NCBI RefSeq assembly: GCF_039654945.1 | Contig: NW_027361716.1 | Coordinates: 19,902,001-19,966,000, forward strand | Length of the DNA: 64,000 bases | Source of the DNA: Dendrobates tinctorius | Lineage: Eukaryota | Direction of reading: 5' to 3' | Shown here: in pieces, positions 37,393 through 51,149 of the stretch | Position numbering within the stretch: the first letter of the stretch is position 1 | How the letters are laid out: the number at the start of each line of letters is the position of its first letter | Notes under the pieces: model-generated | Seen by the model: the letters and a program-made list of their open reading frames with translations, nothing else | Told to the model about the DNA's origin: nothing | Databases searched by the model: none | Position numbers and translations under genes: made by a program

Positions 37393-38522
37393 TGTGGCAC
37401 CCATGAGGGTCCAGTTGCTACAGAGGTACTGCACCTCACCCAGAGGTGTGGTATCCCACAACCAGGTAAGGTGAATGCACCTGACCAGTAGTGTAGCAGA
37501 GCACCCTTTATGGCTCCCTGCTTGGAACACTAAGAGTGCTGGTAGGTGGGCAGAGCATAGCTAAGAGCGGGAGCAGGATAGAAAGTGAGATCAGATCCCT
37601 CTGAGGGAGGGAAAGCAGTAGGATGTGTCTGCAGCAGATCTACTGCTTAGAGGCTGCTGGATGGATTGGATTACAAGGGAAGCTCCGTAGGAAAGAAGGT
37701 TCTTCTGGGACACGGCTGGACAAACTCCCCGTGGGTCCCTTATCCACGCTGACTACAGGTCAGGTGGAGGGAGAAACTACTCGCAAAGGGAATGGCCCCT
37801 AGCCTAGATTGCATTCTTCAGGGTGCCACTAGCAAGCCAACAGCTTTGGTTGCTTTATGGACCATCGCCCCTACCACAGTTAGTCCGACTGGAAAGGCGG
37901 CTATATAGAGTCCCAAACGGTGAGGCGTTGTCTGAACAGGATTCGCAGCTGCTGGCCCAGAATGATAACTGAAGTGGAAAGGAGTTTAAGCAGCATATTG
38001 TTTGGAGACAGCCAGGAAAGGCACACACTGACAGGGAGAGCTGGAAAGGTGCATTTCATCTTATCTGGAAGTTGACTGAGCCCCTCACCTGGAGAACGCA
38101 GCACTGAAGCGGGCATCTGTGTGTACAGCAGAACTATGAGTAAAACCCATTGAACTACCCGCCAGTGTGTCCTCCACATCCTTTCTGCGCCACTCGTCCA
38201 GCACTGCTACATCTTCCTCTCTACACTACCTCACCATCTACAAACTCATCTCTACTGCCCTGGGACTACAGCTCTACCTGTGGAGAGCTCAACATCATTG
38301 CTGCACCACATCTGTCCCAGAGAAGCAACACTGCAGCTCTGGGCAATCTGACCAGAAACCATAGGTGGCATCACGAATCACTACATAAACTTTATCCCCA
38401 TTCAACTCAGCCCCTTTTGCATGACCTCCTGAGGCCTTGGACCGGGTCACTGCCACTGTGACCTCTCCCATTGAAGTTAATGGGCCTGGCGCCGAGTATC
38501 CCACAGCCTCTGGGGTGTGTTA
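37393..38522 (+). mobile_element. Solo LTR inserted in DIRS-C RT
   Basis: tgtggcaccc...ggggtgtgtta flanked by GCAA on both sides; related to the LTR at 8221-20417. Confidence 0.75.
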
Positions 38523-39115
38523 GCAACCATCATGGACCTCTGGGATGCTTACGATCACACTCCACTCACCCAACAAATCAAATATATCTGAGGTTTGCAG
38601 TAGCTCAGGGACTGCAAATGCGTCACTATCAATTCAGTGTCCTCCTGTTCGGCATTTCTTCGGCACCACTGGTGTTCACCAAAATAATGGCAGAGGTGAT
38701 GGCGTCCATCCAGAACAAAAATCTGTATCATGCCTTACCTAAATGACCTGCTGCTCATAGACCAATCAAACTGTTCTCAAATGCCACATAAGAAGTTCTG
38801 TTGTCTTACATATTTGAGATGGTTAACAATCAAAAATCACCAGGAGAATCTTCTTGGGAATAATGTTAGGCTCTCAAGACCAGATGTCTCAGCTGCTAAA
38901 GGAGAAATAAATCCTGATCAGGTCCAAGATAATAGCCTTACAGGATCGAAGAAAAATATCCCTCAGGTCAGCATTGTCAGCACTAGGGTCCATGACTTCT
39001 GGCATTCCAGCGGTAGCTCAGGCCCACACAAGACATTTGTAATGCCACATTCTAACCTCCTGGGATGGTGCCCAAGGGTCCCTCTGCAAAAGTATTCACT
39101 TAACAGGCAGTGTAA

Positions 39116-39432
39116 GGCTATGTGCACACGTTGCAGATTGATCTGCAGATTTTTCCGCGTGGATTTGGTAAAATCAAAAGTCCTGTGGTTTATCTGCGGA
39201 TTAGCCTGCGGTTTTACATCTCATAAGGATAAGGTGTGAAACCGCTGCGGATTCCACACAACTGACATGCGGCGGATTGTAATCCGCTGCAAAACCGCAT
39301 GGAAAAATCCGCAGCATGTGCACAGCGGTTTTTGTTTTGCATAGGCTAACATGGTACTGGAAACCGCTGGAGGTCCGCAGGGCCAAATCCGCTGCGGATC
39401 CGCAGCAGAATCTGCAATGTGTGCACATAGCC
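39116..39432. mobile_element. Harbinger-type MITE, related to 7106-7472 and inverted
   Basis: TIR ggctatgtgcacac; TAA/TTA flanks. Confidence 0.85.
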
Positions 39433-39744
39433 TTAGTCTCCCTCAGTTGGTGTCTCAACCTGAAGAACTTGAGCAGGGGAGTAGCCTGGGATCAGAATCA
39501 ACGGTCCCCACAGACCAGTGGAAGAGGATGGGGAGTGATGATCTCCCATGCCACATTCCAGGGGGATATGGTCCCAAGATATCAGTCTTTTCTCTTAAAA
39601 TTTCCAGGAGTTGAAGGAAGTACTAAAAGCTGCAGTGGACTTGGTGAAAAGGGATCCATATAAAAGCATATTCAGGCAATATGACCAGTGGCTCATCTGC
39701 AGCACCAAGCGAGCACAAGACTCTAAAGCCTGAAGGAAATTTCA

Positions 39745-40566
39745 GGCTATGTGCCCACGGTGCGTGTTAAAACGCACACCAAAAACCGGACTCCTTCCCA
39801 GAAATCGCGTGGCTTTTTTGCCGCGATTTTTGTGTGCGATATTCAAGCACTTTCCAAGCGATTTGAAGCATCGCTTGGAAAGTGACAGGTTGGTCACACT
39901 CGTCAAACAGTGTTTGACAAGTGTGACCAGGTTTTTACTATTGAGGCCGCCTATGCGGCATCAATAGTAAAAGAATGTTAAAATGCTAAAAAAAAATAAA
40001 AAAATCGGGGTATATTTACCTTCCGGCGTCCCGCGCTGCATTCCCGGGCCACAGCGTTCCCGGTAATGCCTTGCGAGACCTGTGATGTAGTCTCGCGTTA
40101 CTATAGCGATCTCGCGAGACCACGTCATCACTGGACCGTGCCGCAAGGCATTACTGGGAACGCTTAGGCCGGGAATGCAGCGCGGGACGTCGGAAGGTAA
40201 ATATACCCCAATTTTTTTACAGGGGTATGGTGCCCAGGGCCTGGAGGACAGTCTCCTCTCCTCCACACCGTGGGTACCAACCGCACATGAGACGCTTAAC
40301 TTCCCGCATGGTGGGCATAGCCACATGCAGGAAGTAAGCGATTCTCATGCATTCCTATGGGTGCGGAATCGCGGCAATTCTTTGCGATTCCGCACAAAAG
40401 ATTGAGCATGCTGCGATTCCACCGCGGAAAAAAGCGCAGCATTAGCACAGCATGTGCGGAATGCCATAGGAATGCATGGGGGGGCGTTCTGTACACTATT
40501 TTTAACCGTTTTTGCACCGAAAATCGCGGCAAAAACGCTTAAAAATCGCTACGTGGGCACACAGCC
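39745..40566. mobile_element. Harbinger-type MITE with internal hairpin
   Basis: TIR ggctatgtgcccacg / cgtgggcacacagcc, TCA TSD; internal inverted repeat ~40007-40209. Confidence 0.85.
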
Positions 40567-42446
40567 TCAAGCAGGATTTTAGCTTGGGAAGAATGACACA
40601 TGCTCTTCCTGTCTGCATTCCATCTAAAAGGTCTACCAATGTTCAAGCAGACTTCCTCAGTAAGAAGACTATACACCCAGGAGAATGGAGCCTAGATGGT
40701 GGCGTATTTCAGGTGTTAACAGAAAATCGGGTGTCCCAGAAGTGACCTGTTTGCTGTTCATTTAAATACAAAAGCGGTCAAAAACTTTTCTAGACCCAAA
40801 CACATGCATAGCGGTGGATGCTTTTTCTCACTGCTGGAACTTCAAGTTGGCGTATGCCGTCCCTCAGATTCCTCTCCTAGCAAATATGTTGCAGAAAATC
40901 AGGAGGGACAAAACGAGATCGCTGTGGTGTCACAGAATGGGCGATCTCGCTGTGACGGGGCCTTTACAGCTTGCAGCCTGGCTTGTGATTCAATCTTAAA
41001 GGCTAGAGGTCTCTTGGATAAGGTGGTAAAGACTTTCATAGAAGCAGGAAACCAGTAACCAAGTTCAGTCTGTAAAAAGATATGGAAAACCTTCATGTCC
41101 TGGTGCAGTTCTAACCCACTAACTATTTTACATCTGAATGAAGTGCAAATCCATTTATATTTTTTTTTTTTTTTTTTTTAACAGAGCAGACTGGAGAGAG
41201 CTCTGAAGACCAGCACATTGAATGTCCAGGTTCAGCCCTCAGCTCATACTTTGGTCAATATAGCTGACCATCGGCGGATGAGATTTGACTGCAGCATCTT
41301 GTCTATGACTTGGAGTTCCTGATTTGGTCCCAGCCTGGGACCTGAATGATTCTCAAAGGCCTCACAATACTTCTGTTTGAGCCTATAGAGATTATAGATA
41401 TAAATGGTCTTGGAAAGCTGCTTTCCTGGTGGCCATCACAACAGCAAAAAGTGAGTGAACTACAGGTCCTCTAAGAGAATCCTACTTAAGAGACTTAAGG
41501 ACAGAATTATTTTCCTTCTAGAGCCATCCTTTTTACCAAAGGTAGCATCAGCGTTCCATAGATCTCAAGAAACCATACTGCCTTTGTCAGATCCCATCCA
41601 ATAGTAAAAGGGAATTTCATACCCTGGACATGTGAAGAACAGTCCTTCACTATTTCAAAGGTCATGACCCTGGAAGAAGTACCAGAATATCTTGATACAA
41701 CACTTTGGTGGGAAAGAGATTTGAAAAGCACAGTTGCAAATTGGATTAAGAAGGCTATATGTGGAGCTTACGAAAACCAAAAGTTGGTACCTCCAGATAA
41801 GTCTACAGCACACTCCACCAGAGCTGTATCAGTCTCATGGCCTGATAGAGGCACTTTCCCTATCGAGCAGAGCTGCCACCTGATCCTTGGTCCATACCTT
41901 TTCAAAACATTACAGACTAGATTTAATGTCCAATACTGATTTGGCCTTTGAAGGAAAGTTCTCCAAGCCATTGTCCCTCCCTAAGAATGATTGTTTGGCA
42001 TTCCTCCTATGGTGCTGTTGTGGAGGATAACTAGAGAAAACAATTAGACTTGCCCATAACTTGACTTCCAGGAACCCTCCATGACAGTAGGGGTAATCTG
42101 ACCCACTTGTTTCATTTGGGTGATTTCCGTAAATAAATACGGAAGCATTCATACCCATGTAGTCCTTGCATATAAGTCTTATGGGTCTGACAATTGTGGG
42201 CAGCACATAGATTCCATCAGTGTGAAGTATTTTTTGCACTAGGAAATCACTGGCAAAGACGTGCAGAGAATCTTTTGTTCTTGTGAGGGAAAAGTCTGAG
42301 TCCTAAACCAGTATAGTGACTTGACTTGTTTGCTCTATGGAGTCCATGGCTGATCTGATGGCCTTTCCGATGGCCTTTCCAGGGATTAATGTAGCCTGCT
42401 CTACAACGTCTGGCCACTTGACACCCTTTCAGTGGCAGTGAAAATA

Positions 42447-42744
42447 CAGTGGGGGGGGGGGGGGGGGGGGAACCTTCTTTACAAGAACAGCAGTCAGACA
42501 CTTTTAGTAATTGAGGTTTGTGCAAATGTCAGAAGGAATCTTGGTCCACTCCTCTTTGCAGATCATCTCTAAATCATTAAGATTAAGGCTGTCACTTGGC
42601 AACTCAGAGCTTCAACTCCCTTCATAAGTTTTCTATGGGATTAAGGTCAGTCCATGACCTTGATGTGCTTCTTTCTGGGCCACTCATTTGTTGCCTAGGC
42701 TGTATATTTTGGGTCATTGTCAAGCTGGAAGACCCAGCCACAAC

Positions 42745-42787
<43 letters not shown>

Positions 42788-43804
42788 CCTGGCAGAGGGA
42801 AGGAGGTTGTCACTCAGGCTCCATCCATTCTCCCATTGATGCGGTGTTACTAGTCCTGTGCCCTTAGCAGAGAAACACTCCCAAACATAATGTTTTCACC
42901 TCTATGCTTGACAGTGGGGATGGTGTTTTGTGTCACAGGTAGCATTTCTCTTCCTCCAAACACTGCAAGTTTGCGTTAATGCCAAAGAGCTCCATTTTTG
43001 TCTCTACTGACTACAGCACCTTCTCCCTATCACTCACAGAATCATCCAGGGGTTTATTGGCAAACTTCAGACGGGCCTGCACATGTGCCTTCTTGAGCAG
43101 GGGGACCTTGTGGGCACTGCAGGATTTTAAACCTTTATGGTGTAATGCGTTACCAGTGGTTTTCTTGGTGACTGTGGTCCCAGCTGCCTTGAGATCATTA
43201 AATTCTCCCCTGTAGTTTGAGTCTTCTCTCACCTTCCTAATGATCAAGGATGGCCCACGAGGTGAGACTTTGCATGGTGTCCCATATCGATGTCGACTGA
43301 CATTAGTTTGTATTTCTTACATTTTTCTTAATATTGCACCAACAGTTGTCTCCTTCTCACCCAGCGTTTTACTTATGGTTTTGTAGCCCATTCCAGCTTT
43401 GTGCAGGTCCATGATCTTGTCCCTGACATCCTTTATAAAGCTCTTTGGTCTTGCCCATGTTGTAGAGGTTAGAGTCTGACTGATTATTTGAGTCTGTGGA
43501 CAGGAGTCTTTTATAAAGGTGATTATGTAAGACAGCTGTCTTTAATGCAGGTAATGAGTTGATTAGGGGCATCTAACTGGTCTGTAGGGGCCAGAACTCT
43601 TAATGGTTGGTAGGGGAGCAAATATTTCTCAGTGCAAAATGCAAATAATTTTATATAATTTGTACAATAATTTTTCTGGATTTTATTTTTGAGAATCTGT
43701 CTCAATGTTAAAAATAACCTACCTTTAAAATTTTAGACTTTTCATGTCTGTCAGTGGGTAAACTTAGAAAATCAGCAAGGGATCAAACCATTATTTCCCC
43801 ACTG
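42447..43804 (-). mobile_element. Degenerate Tc1-like transposon
   Basis: TA|CAGTGGGG ... CCCCACTG|TA; minus-strand fragments MGKTKEL (ATG 43458), KVPLLKKAHVQARLKFA, DLNPIENL. Confidence 0.85.
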
Positions 43805-45083
43805 TATGCCTATTGCCTAAACTTTCCCTCTAAATTTGGCAATCAGTTTTTTTTTTTTTTTTTTCCTTATGGACTCAACATGTTCCCCAAAATCAGATAA
43901 GCAGATGTACTTAAAAACCTGACACATGATTGGGGCCCTAGTCTAGCTGGAGACGGCACTGGTATCTGCTTCTGACATTTTTGCGATCCAGTCCAGGCAG
44001 TTTTACTGGTCTTTTTTTCTGCAGCCCTGAAGTTTGTTGTTCAACTATAGACTAGATAATACTAGGTAGTCTCTATAGTAACCAGCAACATCTTCCAGTC
44101 CTGACTATTGTCTGCAGCTTCTATGGTTTGTGAGTGTTTGTCATAATGAAGCCTTGTCTGACTAGTGCTTAATAAACATGGACGACGTCATTGTGTAAAT
44201 GTTCATGTAAATACCAAGCAATTTGGTATTTACATGAACATGAAAAACTGGCTGCCCAATTGCCCTCTGGGCTTAACTATGTGGATTTTCTACTCTAGGA
44301 ATGGGTCTAATATTGACATGAAATGAAGGTGCAACTACCACAGATGGCTAAGCATAATCCCCCACTCCAGAGATCCTACACTCGCTGCTCCAGTAGATGT
44401 GAATTCTCTAGCAGGTGGTAGATGTTGCAGAACCGTTTACTAGTGAAAACCCATCCATGCTTTCACAAAGTCTTGTAATCTCTTCACCTTATTGGAAAAA
44501 TTATAATTATTGCAAAAAAGGATAAACCATGGGCTAACAGTTAGGTCATGTGTTCCTGTGGTGCCTCTGGAAAGAGCAACTTATTTGGTCCCATCTTAAC
44601 TACTGTGTGGCAAGAACTGGCCCAAGGGTTATTTAAAAGGACATGTAAGTGAAAGCTGCCACCCAAGACAGAAGGATCTGTGCTAAAGGCTCACTAATGA
44701 TGACTTTTAGGCTTTGGGGCTTCCTATCTACATGCCCCACTGCATATCGACCATTAAGAGGATTCTTTGGGGGGGGGGGAATCACAGTAACTGCCTTACT
44801 AGGTTGGCAATTATGAGTAGTGCAAATGCAGCATCTTGTTTCATTCATCCCATCCCCAAAAAGTTCTTGTACCACTATTTTAAGGATCTCAAACAAACAA
44901 GGAGTAAGTAAAGACATTTGTTTTGGGTTGCCTTTCAATGCAATGTTAGGAAACTAGAGTCCTTTAATGCTGAGAATCCAGGTAAGTCATATGGCACTTT
45001 AGTAGATGCCTACATCCTGTACTGGTATACATAATGTGATCTTGCTACGTTTTGTATAGTAACTGGCAGTATATCCCTTGCAG

Positions 45084-45211
45084 ACATGTACAGACCAACT
45101 TCCAGGCCTCTCCCCTCCAGTCACAGAACCTAGAAGATCTTTGGGATAACCTCAGTTTGACTCCTGCTGACCCGGAACAGATGAATCTCCCTATAGACCT
45201 ACCTCCCAAAG
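45084..45211 (+). CDS. DEPDC7: DEPDC7 coding exon 3
   Basis: NLEDLWDNLSLTPA; cag acceptor, G|GTGAG donor; 128 nt, phase-compatible. Confidence 0.93.
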
Positions 45212-46943
45212 GTGAGCCTCAAAGTTCTACAATGTACCACTGCAGTCTGCCAATTCTTTGCAATACAGGAAGGATAACCTGTGGGAAGGTGGGCACCCCT
45301 TAGCCACCTTCCAAATTGCTTACCAAAGTTAAAATTCCCCTATAGTGCAACATTACGCAGTATATTGTTCAAAAGCCATAGTCTGGGCATGTAATGTACA
45401 GACATGTCTATTCCTTGTAGCTTTTCTTGCTAAAGAGGAGTAAACCAATGGTGAGTGTCCCCTTATGACAAATTGTTCTTGAGTGTTTTTTTTTTTTTTT
45501 TATCCTCATACTCCTTTTGACTACTTGCCCAATCATAGTTATTGGTTCATCTGAACATTAGGTACTTGAGAATTGCATCAAATTGTCAGCCTGTGTCAGA
45601 GTAACCAAGCTCCTCTGACTGAGCCAATCAGTAAGCCATCATTTACAACTTCAATCCCCTTCATGGACTCTGATCAGAGTGCTGCTCAACAGTTAATGGT
45701 GTGCTCATCTTAATAAAGAATTTAAAGATCCTTGAATATTTGCCCCGAAGGGAAATCTGGTGCCAGCCTGGTAACAAAAGTCTATTGAAGGACAGTTTAC
45801 AGCATTGTTCGCATCTCGTTGTCACATTCATTATAAAGTATGACAACCTCAGAAGCCAGTGAATGGGTTTCTTATATTGTAATCTCCATTTTCATTTACT
45901 TAAGAATGGCTTTTGGCTTAAAATTGTAAAAGGAAATCCATGTAACAATGGTGTTAATTGTCAACAAACTGTAAATGGACACTGGATCCTCACTATCTGT
46001 TCTGTTCTAAAAATCTATAAATATTCTGGATTAGCTGTTCTTTCATGTGGTTTGTCCATTCCAATGCTGCTATGGAATAGGAGATTAGGAAGTACTAGAA
46101 TTAAAGGTCCATTTACATGGAACGTCTGGTACAATACGGTTGCGGATTGGTTAGCTTTTATCAATTTGGCAGTCATTTGCTTGCTCTTATCTTGCCGTGC
46201 AAATGTCCCTTAAAGGTTGGAACTTTTTTGTGATGAGATCTTATCTAGAACCTTGCTTGTTGGCCTCATCAGAGTTGATCTTTCATTACATCATGCAACA
46301 CCTCTAATGTGGCTTTCACATTTACTGTAGATGATTTGGTACAGATTTTTATCATGTAGTTGTCATTTAAATATAGGCTGAGGAGGAATTCTAGTGCCAC
46401 CTGTGGAAATGGCAATCTGAAGTGAAGATCTGCCCTTTAGGTCTTATTTTAAGGCCCTTTAATCAGAAAATCCACTTGCAGACATGGGTTGTGATGTTAG
46501 CCCATCAGTATAAAGTAGTTTTGGTTTGGTGAGGTCTTTGAAAGGAAGCACAAGACAAAGTTTTTTTTTATGGTGAGTGCCAAGGCAGAATACAGAAATT
46601 TTGAAGTAATGTAATGCTCTTCTGTAGAATTAAATGTGATGGCTGTAGTCCTCGTCCTCTTTATAAAGTGATTATTTAAATTCCCAGAGAACTGCAAGTT
46701 TTTTTGCCAACTTGGTGCTCTCCAAAAGTAAAAACATTGCCCCTTTTAAACTGGGTCAAGTAAAGGCACAGGTTGCGGTCTCCTTTTGAAAGGGAGGAAG
46801 CTCCCACACACTTGATACTCAGTTTAGACACTGTTCATGAATAAAGCCAGATGGTACAACTCATATCCTGAGTCCTGTTGGAAGATGCATGGAACCCTTG
46901 AGGTTATGGTGAACTGCTTTTCTAATTCTACCCCTTTCTTTAG

Positions 46944-47130
46944 TTCTCTGTGAGGTCTGGCAGGAACAGACAATTCGTCGGCTGCTTCAGCTGGTAGATC
47001 TCCCAGTGTTGGATTCACTTTTGGAAAATGCCCCTGCAGCAGAGAGACCAGAGCCATCGAAGATTGAGCATCTGCTCATAACCAGTCAGTACCTGGACCG
47101 GGAGATTCTCAAAGCATTCAGTAACTCTCA
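46944..47130 (+). CDS. DEPDC7: DEPDC7 coding exon 4
   Basis: EVWQEQTIRRLLQLVDLPVLDSLL..YLDREILKAFSNS; 187 nt, GTAAGT donor. Confidence 0.94.
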
Positions 47131-47213
47131 GTAAGTGACAATGTGAACATCTGTAATCCTATAGAATACTGCTATAACTATTCGTTTACTAATACAAACT
47201 AATCTTGTTGTAG

Positions 47214-47431
47214 GGCAGATGAATGGGTTTCTGCTGCTGTGGATTGCTTGGAGTTCCTCCCTGATCAAATAGTGGTGGAACTGAGCAGAAATCTTCCGGA
47301 GCATCAGGACAAGGATGGAGCATGGAAACTACTGCTCTTTGAGACCTTAAGCAAGTACTACAGCCAGAACCGGGTACCCTTGGTTACTAACCCATTCTTC
47401 GACATTCACACAGGCATTGCTGAGCTCTTGG
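47214..47431 (+). CDS. DEPDC7: DEPDC7 coding exon 5
   Basis: DEWVSAAVDCLEFLPDQIVVELSR..DIHTGIAELL; 218 nt; exon 6 not found in the window. Confidence 0.94.
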
Positions 47432-49338
47432 GTGAGGTTTTATTCTTTACTTGTCTAATACCATGCAACCTGTTCTGGTTGGACAGTAAGGGTTCCCCTT
47501 TGCTGACAACTCCTGGCATAACTGTTGAAGTTTAGTAAGGCTGGACTGGACCGCAGGCCTCTAAAAGGGTGGCCAGCATGACAGGGTTGAGGGGACCTAT
47601 AGGGAACTGTATGGGAATAGGGTGGCACAGATGGGGTTAGTGGATGTGAAGGACTTTAGGGCGGGGGTCAGAGCTGAGTGGTGTAGGTGGGGGGGGGGGG
47701 GGGGATAGGTGGTGCCAGAGCAGGGTACTATAAATAAGGGGATCATCTTACAAGGGGCAACCATTTTATGTGCCCCTACTTCAGCACAAAAGCTCCCACC
47801 CACCCGTCCCCGTTAATAATGACGAGGAGGTTTTTAAATCGAGCATGGAAATACAGTTGAGGAGAGTATGAGGTTTTCCTTTTAGTGTATAAGCTAGGGT
47901 GTGTTTACTTTTCTGTATTTTTGTCTGTTACGGCAGCTTGGTGTGGAAGGAAGGTCCTCGAAGTTGGTGATATCAGTAAATGGTGGCTTGGAGGGAGGGG
48001 GGATCTCAATAGGTCCTGGACTCCCTTCCTTGATAAACATTATAAATGTTTAATTTGTTATGTTAATAATAAAAGGCTGCTGTGGTCAATTTATCCAAAA
48101 AGGAGTCAGCTTGTTAATCTGCATCGGGGATTGGTAATCGGGGGGGTAAATTGGTTGGTTAGCCCTGGTGGTGAGCAGGGAATCCCATAAGTATCACATA
48201 CCCAATTGTCATGCTAGGGTGACAGCCCCTACCATACACCATACATATTACACATTATACATGTTAACAAGAAGGGGGTGACAAGCTATTGCCAGACACT
48301 TATTTCTCCATTGTAGACTCAGTGGTTCTGGCTGTGACTCCCAATAAGCCTAATCTCTGTCCCAAAGTAAAATCGTAACCGAGCCTCACATAATCATGTC
48401 TTGTGTAAAAGAGGTTCTGTCCACCGTGGCCTGGGTGAATATGCTACTTCTGCACCCCCTTAGCCACAGTTAGTGTACCAATGGGTTCACATTGCTTCCC
48501 TTTATCTTGAGACCAGTGGGAAGTGTTCGTCCTGCACTGTCAGAACAGTGATACAATAAAAAATATAGTGCCTGGGCTCTGGTCGGGCACCTCGAAGCAC
48601 TGTTGGGGAGATCACTGTTTAGTCTTCAGTCACTTTAATGAAGTTACCTTTAAATATTTTGTTACATGGCTAAAGATCTGTAATTGTCATTTAAGGTATG
48701 TAGGGAGCTGATGTAAGGAATGACTTCAGGTGAATCACTAGTAATCATGCAATATGTGAGCAAGTATTTTTGGTGTAACAACTTTTAATGCTTGTTTATA
48801 CCATTCACCTGATGGAAAACACCGGTTTGTTTAAATGATCTAGGGCAGAAGAGACTAAAAGCGCAGCTCCCAGGAACATGGTACTGACTAGTTGCCCATA
48901 GTCTGCTGCTTAGACCACCAGTGTATAAAAGTTCACCTTAAGGTCCTGCGTTAGTAACTCAAGAAGTCTGAGTGTCACTGCATGGCAGGGTCGTTAATTC
49001 TTTCTTCATGTGACAAATCTGAGACTTGTTTTTGTGGATTCCTTTAATGTTCTGTAGGAGTGAGCTTCCAGGTATCGAACATCCCACAACGGTTGTTTTG
49101 GTTCACCAGCATTGCTGACACACCATGTGGCCTTTGCTACCATATACATCTATGAGCAGCATATTCGTCAGGGCTGCAAAATGCTTGGTCTGTAGATAAC
49201 CAGTTTTGAAATGGCCTATTTTGCCCTCATCCTGAGTACATTTTTTGGGGGGATTTTAAGACCTCTAAACTTGTGGGTTTTTTTTTTTTTTCTCTAGCAG
49301 CTTCAGCCCCTCACCCTTTTCCCACACTGCCCTTATAA

Positions 49339-49730
49339 AGGGCCTGTCACACTAAGATATCGCTAGCAATATCGCTATAACTAGTGACGTTATAGCGATA
49401 TTGCTAGCGATATCTGTGTCTGATACTTACCAGCGACCCGCTCCCCCGCTGGTTATTGCTGATCGCGCGAGAACGTTCAGGACTGTTTCTCGTCGTCTGC
49501 TTCCTGTGGCGCTTCCTGCTGTGAAGACGAGCGACGCGTGGAGCCGGGCGGGAGGACGCAGGATCGCCTGGTGTGACAGGTAAGTAGCGAACCCCGTCCC
49601 CAGCGATGTCGCTAGTGAGATCTTCCTGTGTGGCAGCTCACTAGCGACTACTTAGCGATGTACCAGCGATCCTGACCGCGTCATATCGCTGGTCGGGATC
49701 GCTGGTACATCGCTAAGTGTGACAGTACCT
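49339..49730. mobile_element. MITE copy 2, inverted relative to 7664-8057
   Basis: Reverse complement aligns end to end with 7664-8057 with few mismatches. Confidence 0.85.
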
Positions 49731-51149
49731 TAACACTGTCTATTACTGATTTCCACTGTGATTGGGTCAGGAGGTGGATTCACTGATATCTCTGCTTCAC
49801 GGTTGTGTAGAGTGATAGAGAAGGCAAACATATCCCTGTTCATCTCCACTGTGGTGGAGTCTGGCTGTGTCTGACAGCTGTACAATCACCTGCAAACTTC
49901 TTGCTTTGCATTGACCTTTTAAAATGTCTGTGCAGAGTATAGTGTGAGCTGCAGGAACTTTTAGTCTCTGGGAGGTCCACAAGCGGTTAAAAACCTAAAC
50001 TGGACATCTACATTTTCCAGAATAAACTATATAATTTTCCCAAATAGGTATCATAAATTCATAAAGAACTCCATTATTCAACTAGCACAAAAACCTTAAT
50101 AAACACATCATGATTATGTCATATTGAGCTACAATTACGGTACATCCACATACACGAAATAATCATGATGTGTTGTATAACATTGGTAAACTAATTTTTT
50201 TTTTTTTTTTTTTTGTGCAATTTAGGTGTAATGTCACCAGAATTAAATGTCTAGCTGGCTCCTAAATTTATATTCCTCAATTTCCTGCTTTGTGTTACTC
50301 TGAATTGATACGACTTTAACCCCTTTCTGTCATGTGACGTACTATCCCGTCCATGTGCCCTGGGACTTAATTTCCAGGGACGGGAAAGTACGTCACAGCG
50401 ATCAGCGGCGCCCAAGCGGTGAGCGCCGCTGATCGTGGCCGTGTCAGCTGATTATCACAGCTGACACCCGGCACAGTGTCAGGGGCGGTCACGGACCGCC
50501 CTACACATTAACCCCTTGCACACCGCGATCAAACACTATCGCAGTGTACCGGGAGTTAAAAGGAAGCATCAGCAGGGAGGGGGCTCCCTCTGTGCTTTCC
50601 TGAGCCCCCCACAGCAGCGCAATGTGCAGCGCTGCTGCGGGGTGCTCCATCCCTGCAGGTCCCAGAATCCAAGATGGTGACGGGGTCCTTCGGGGGCCTG
50701 CAGAGAGCTGGCTTCCTCATGCCTGCAAAACGCAGGCAAGGAGGAAGCCTTGTGCAGTGCCTGTGACAGATCGCTGATCTGTGATGTTGACAGATCAGCA
50801 ATCTGTCACAGGACAGTGATGTCCCACCTGGGACATTGTAATAAAGTTAAGTGTAAAAATTTAAAAAAATCGCTAAATAAAAAATTCCCTTTATAAATTC
50901 ATTTTTTGGAAATAAAAAAACAATAACTACACATTTGATATCACCGCGTCCGTAACAACCCGCCCTATAAAACTGTCCCATTAATTAACCCTTTAAAAAA
51001 TGAAGCAAAAATAACGATTTATGATCATACCGCCGAACAAAAAGTGCAATAACGCGCGATCAAAAAGACGCATATAAGTATGCACGGTACTGCTGAAAAC
51101 ATTATCTTGTCCCGCAAAAAACGAACCGCCACACGGCATCATCAGCGAA

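Larger units (their letters stand above)
36000..42260 (+). mobile_element. DIRS1-type retrotransposon C (heavily decayed, multiply interrupted; left end uncertain)
   Basis: LLFGISSAPLVFTK, PYLND, DFLSKKTIHPGEWSL, AHSTRAVSVSW; ICR-like 42005-42090. Confidence 0.75.
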
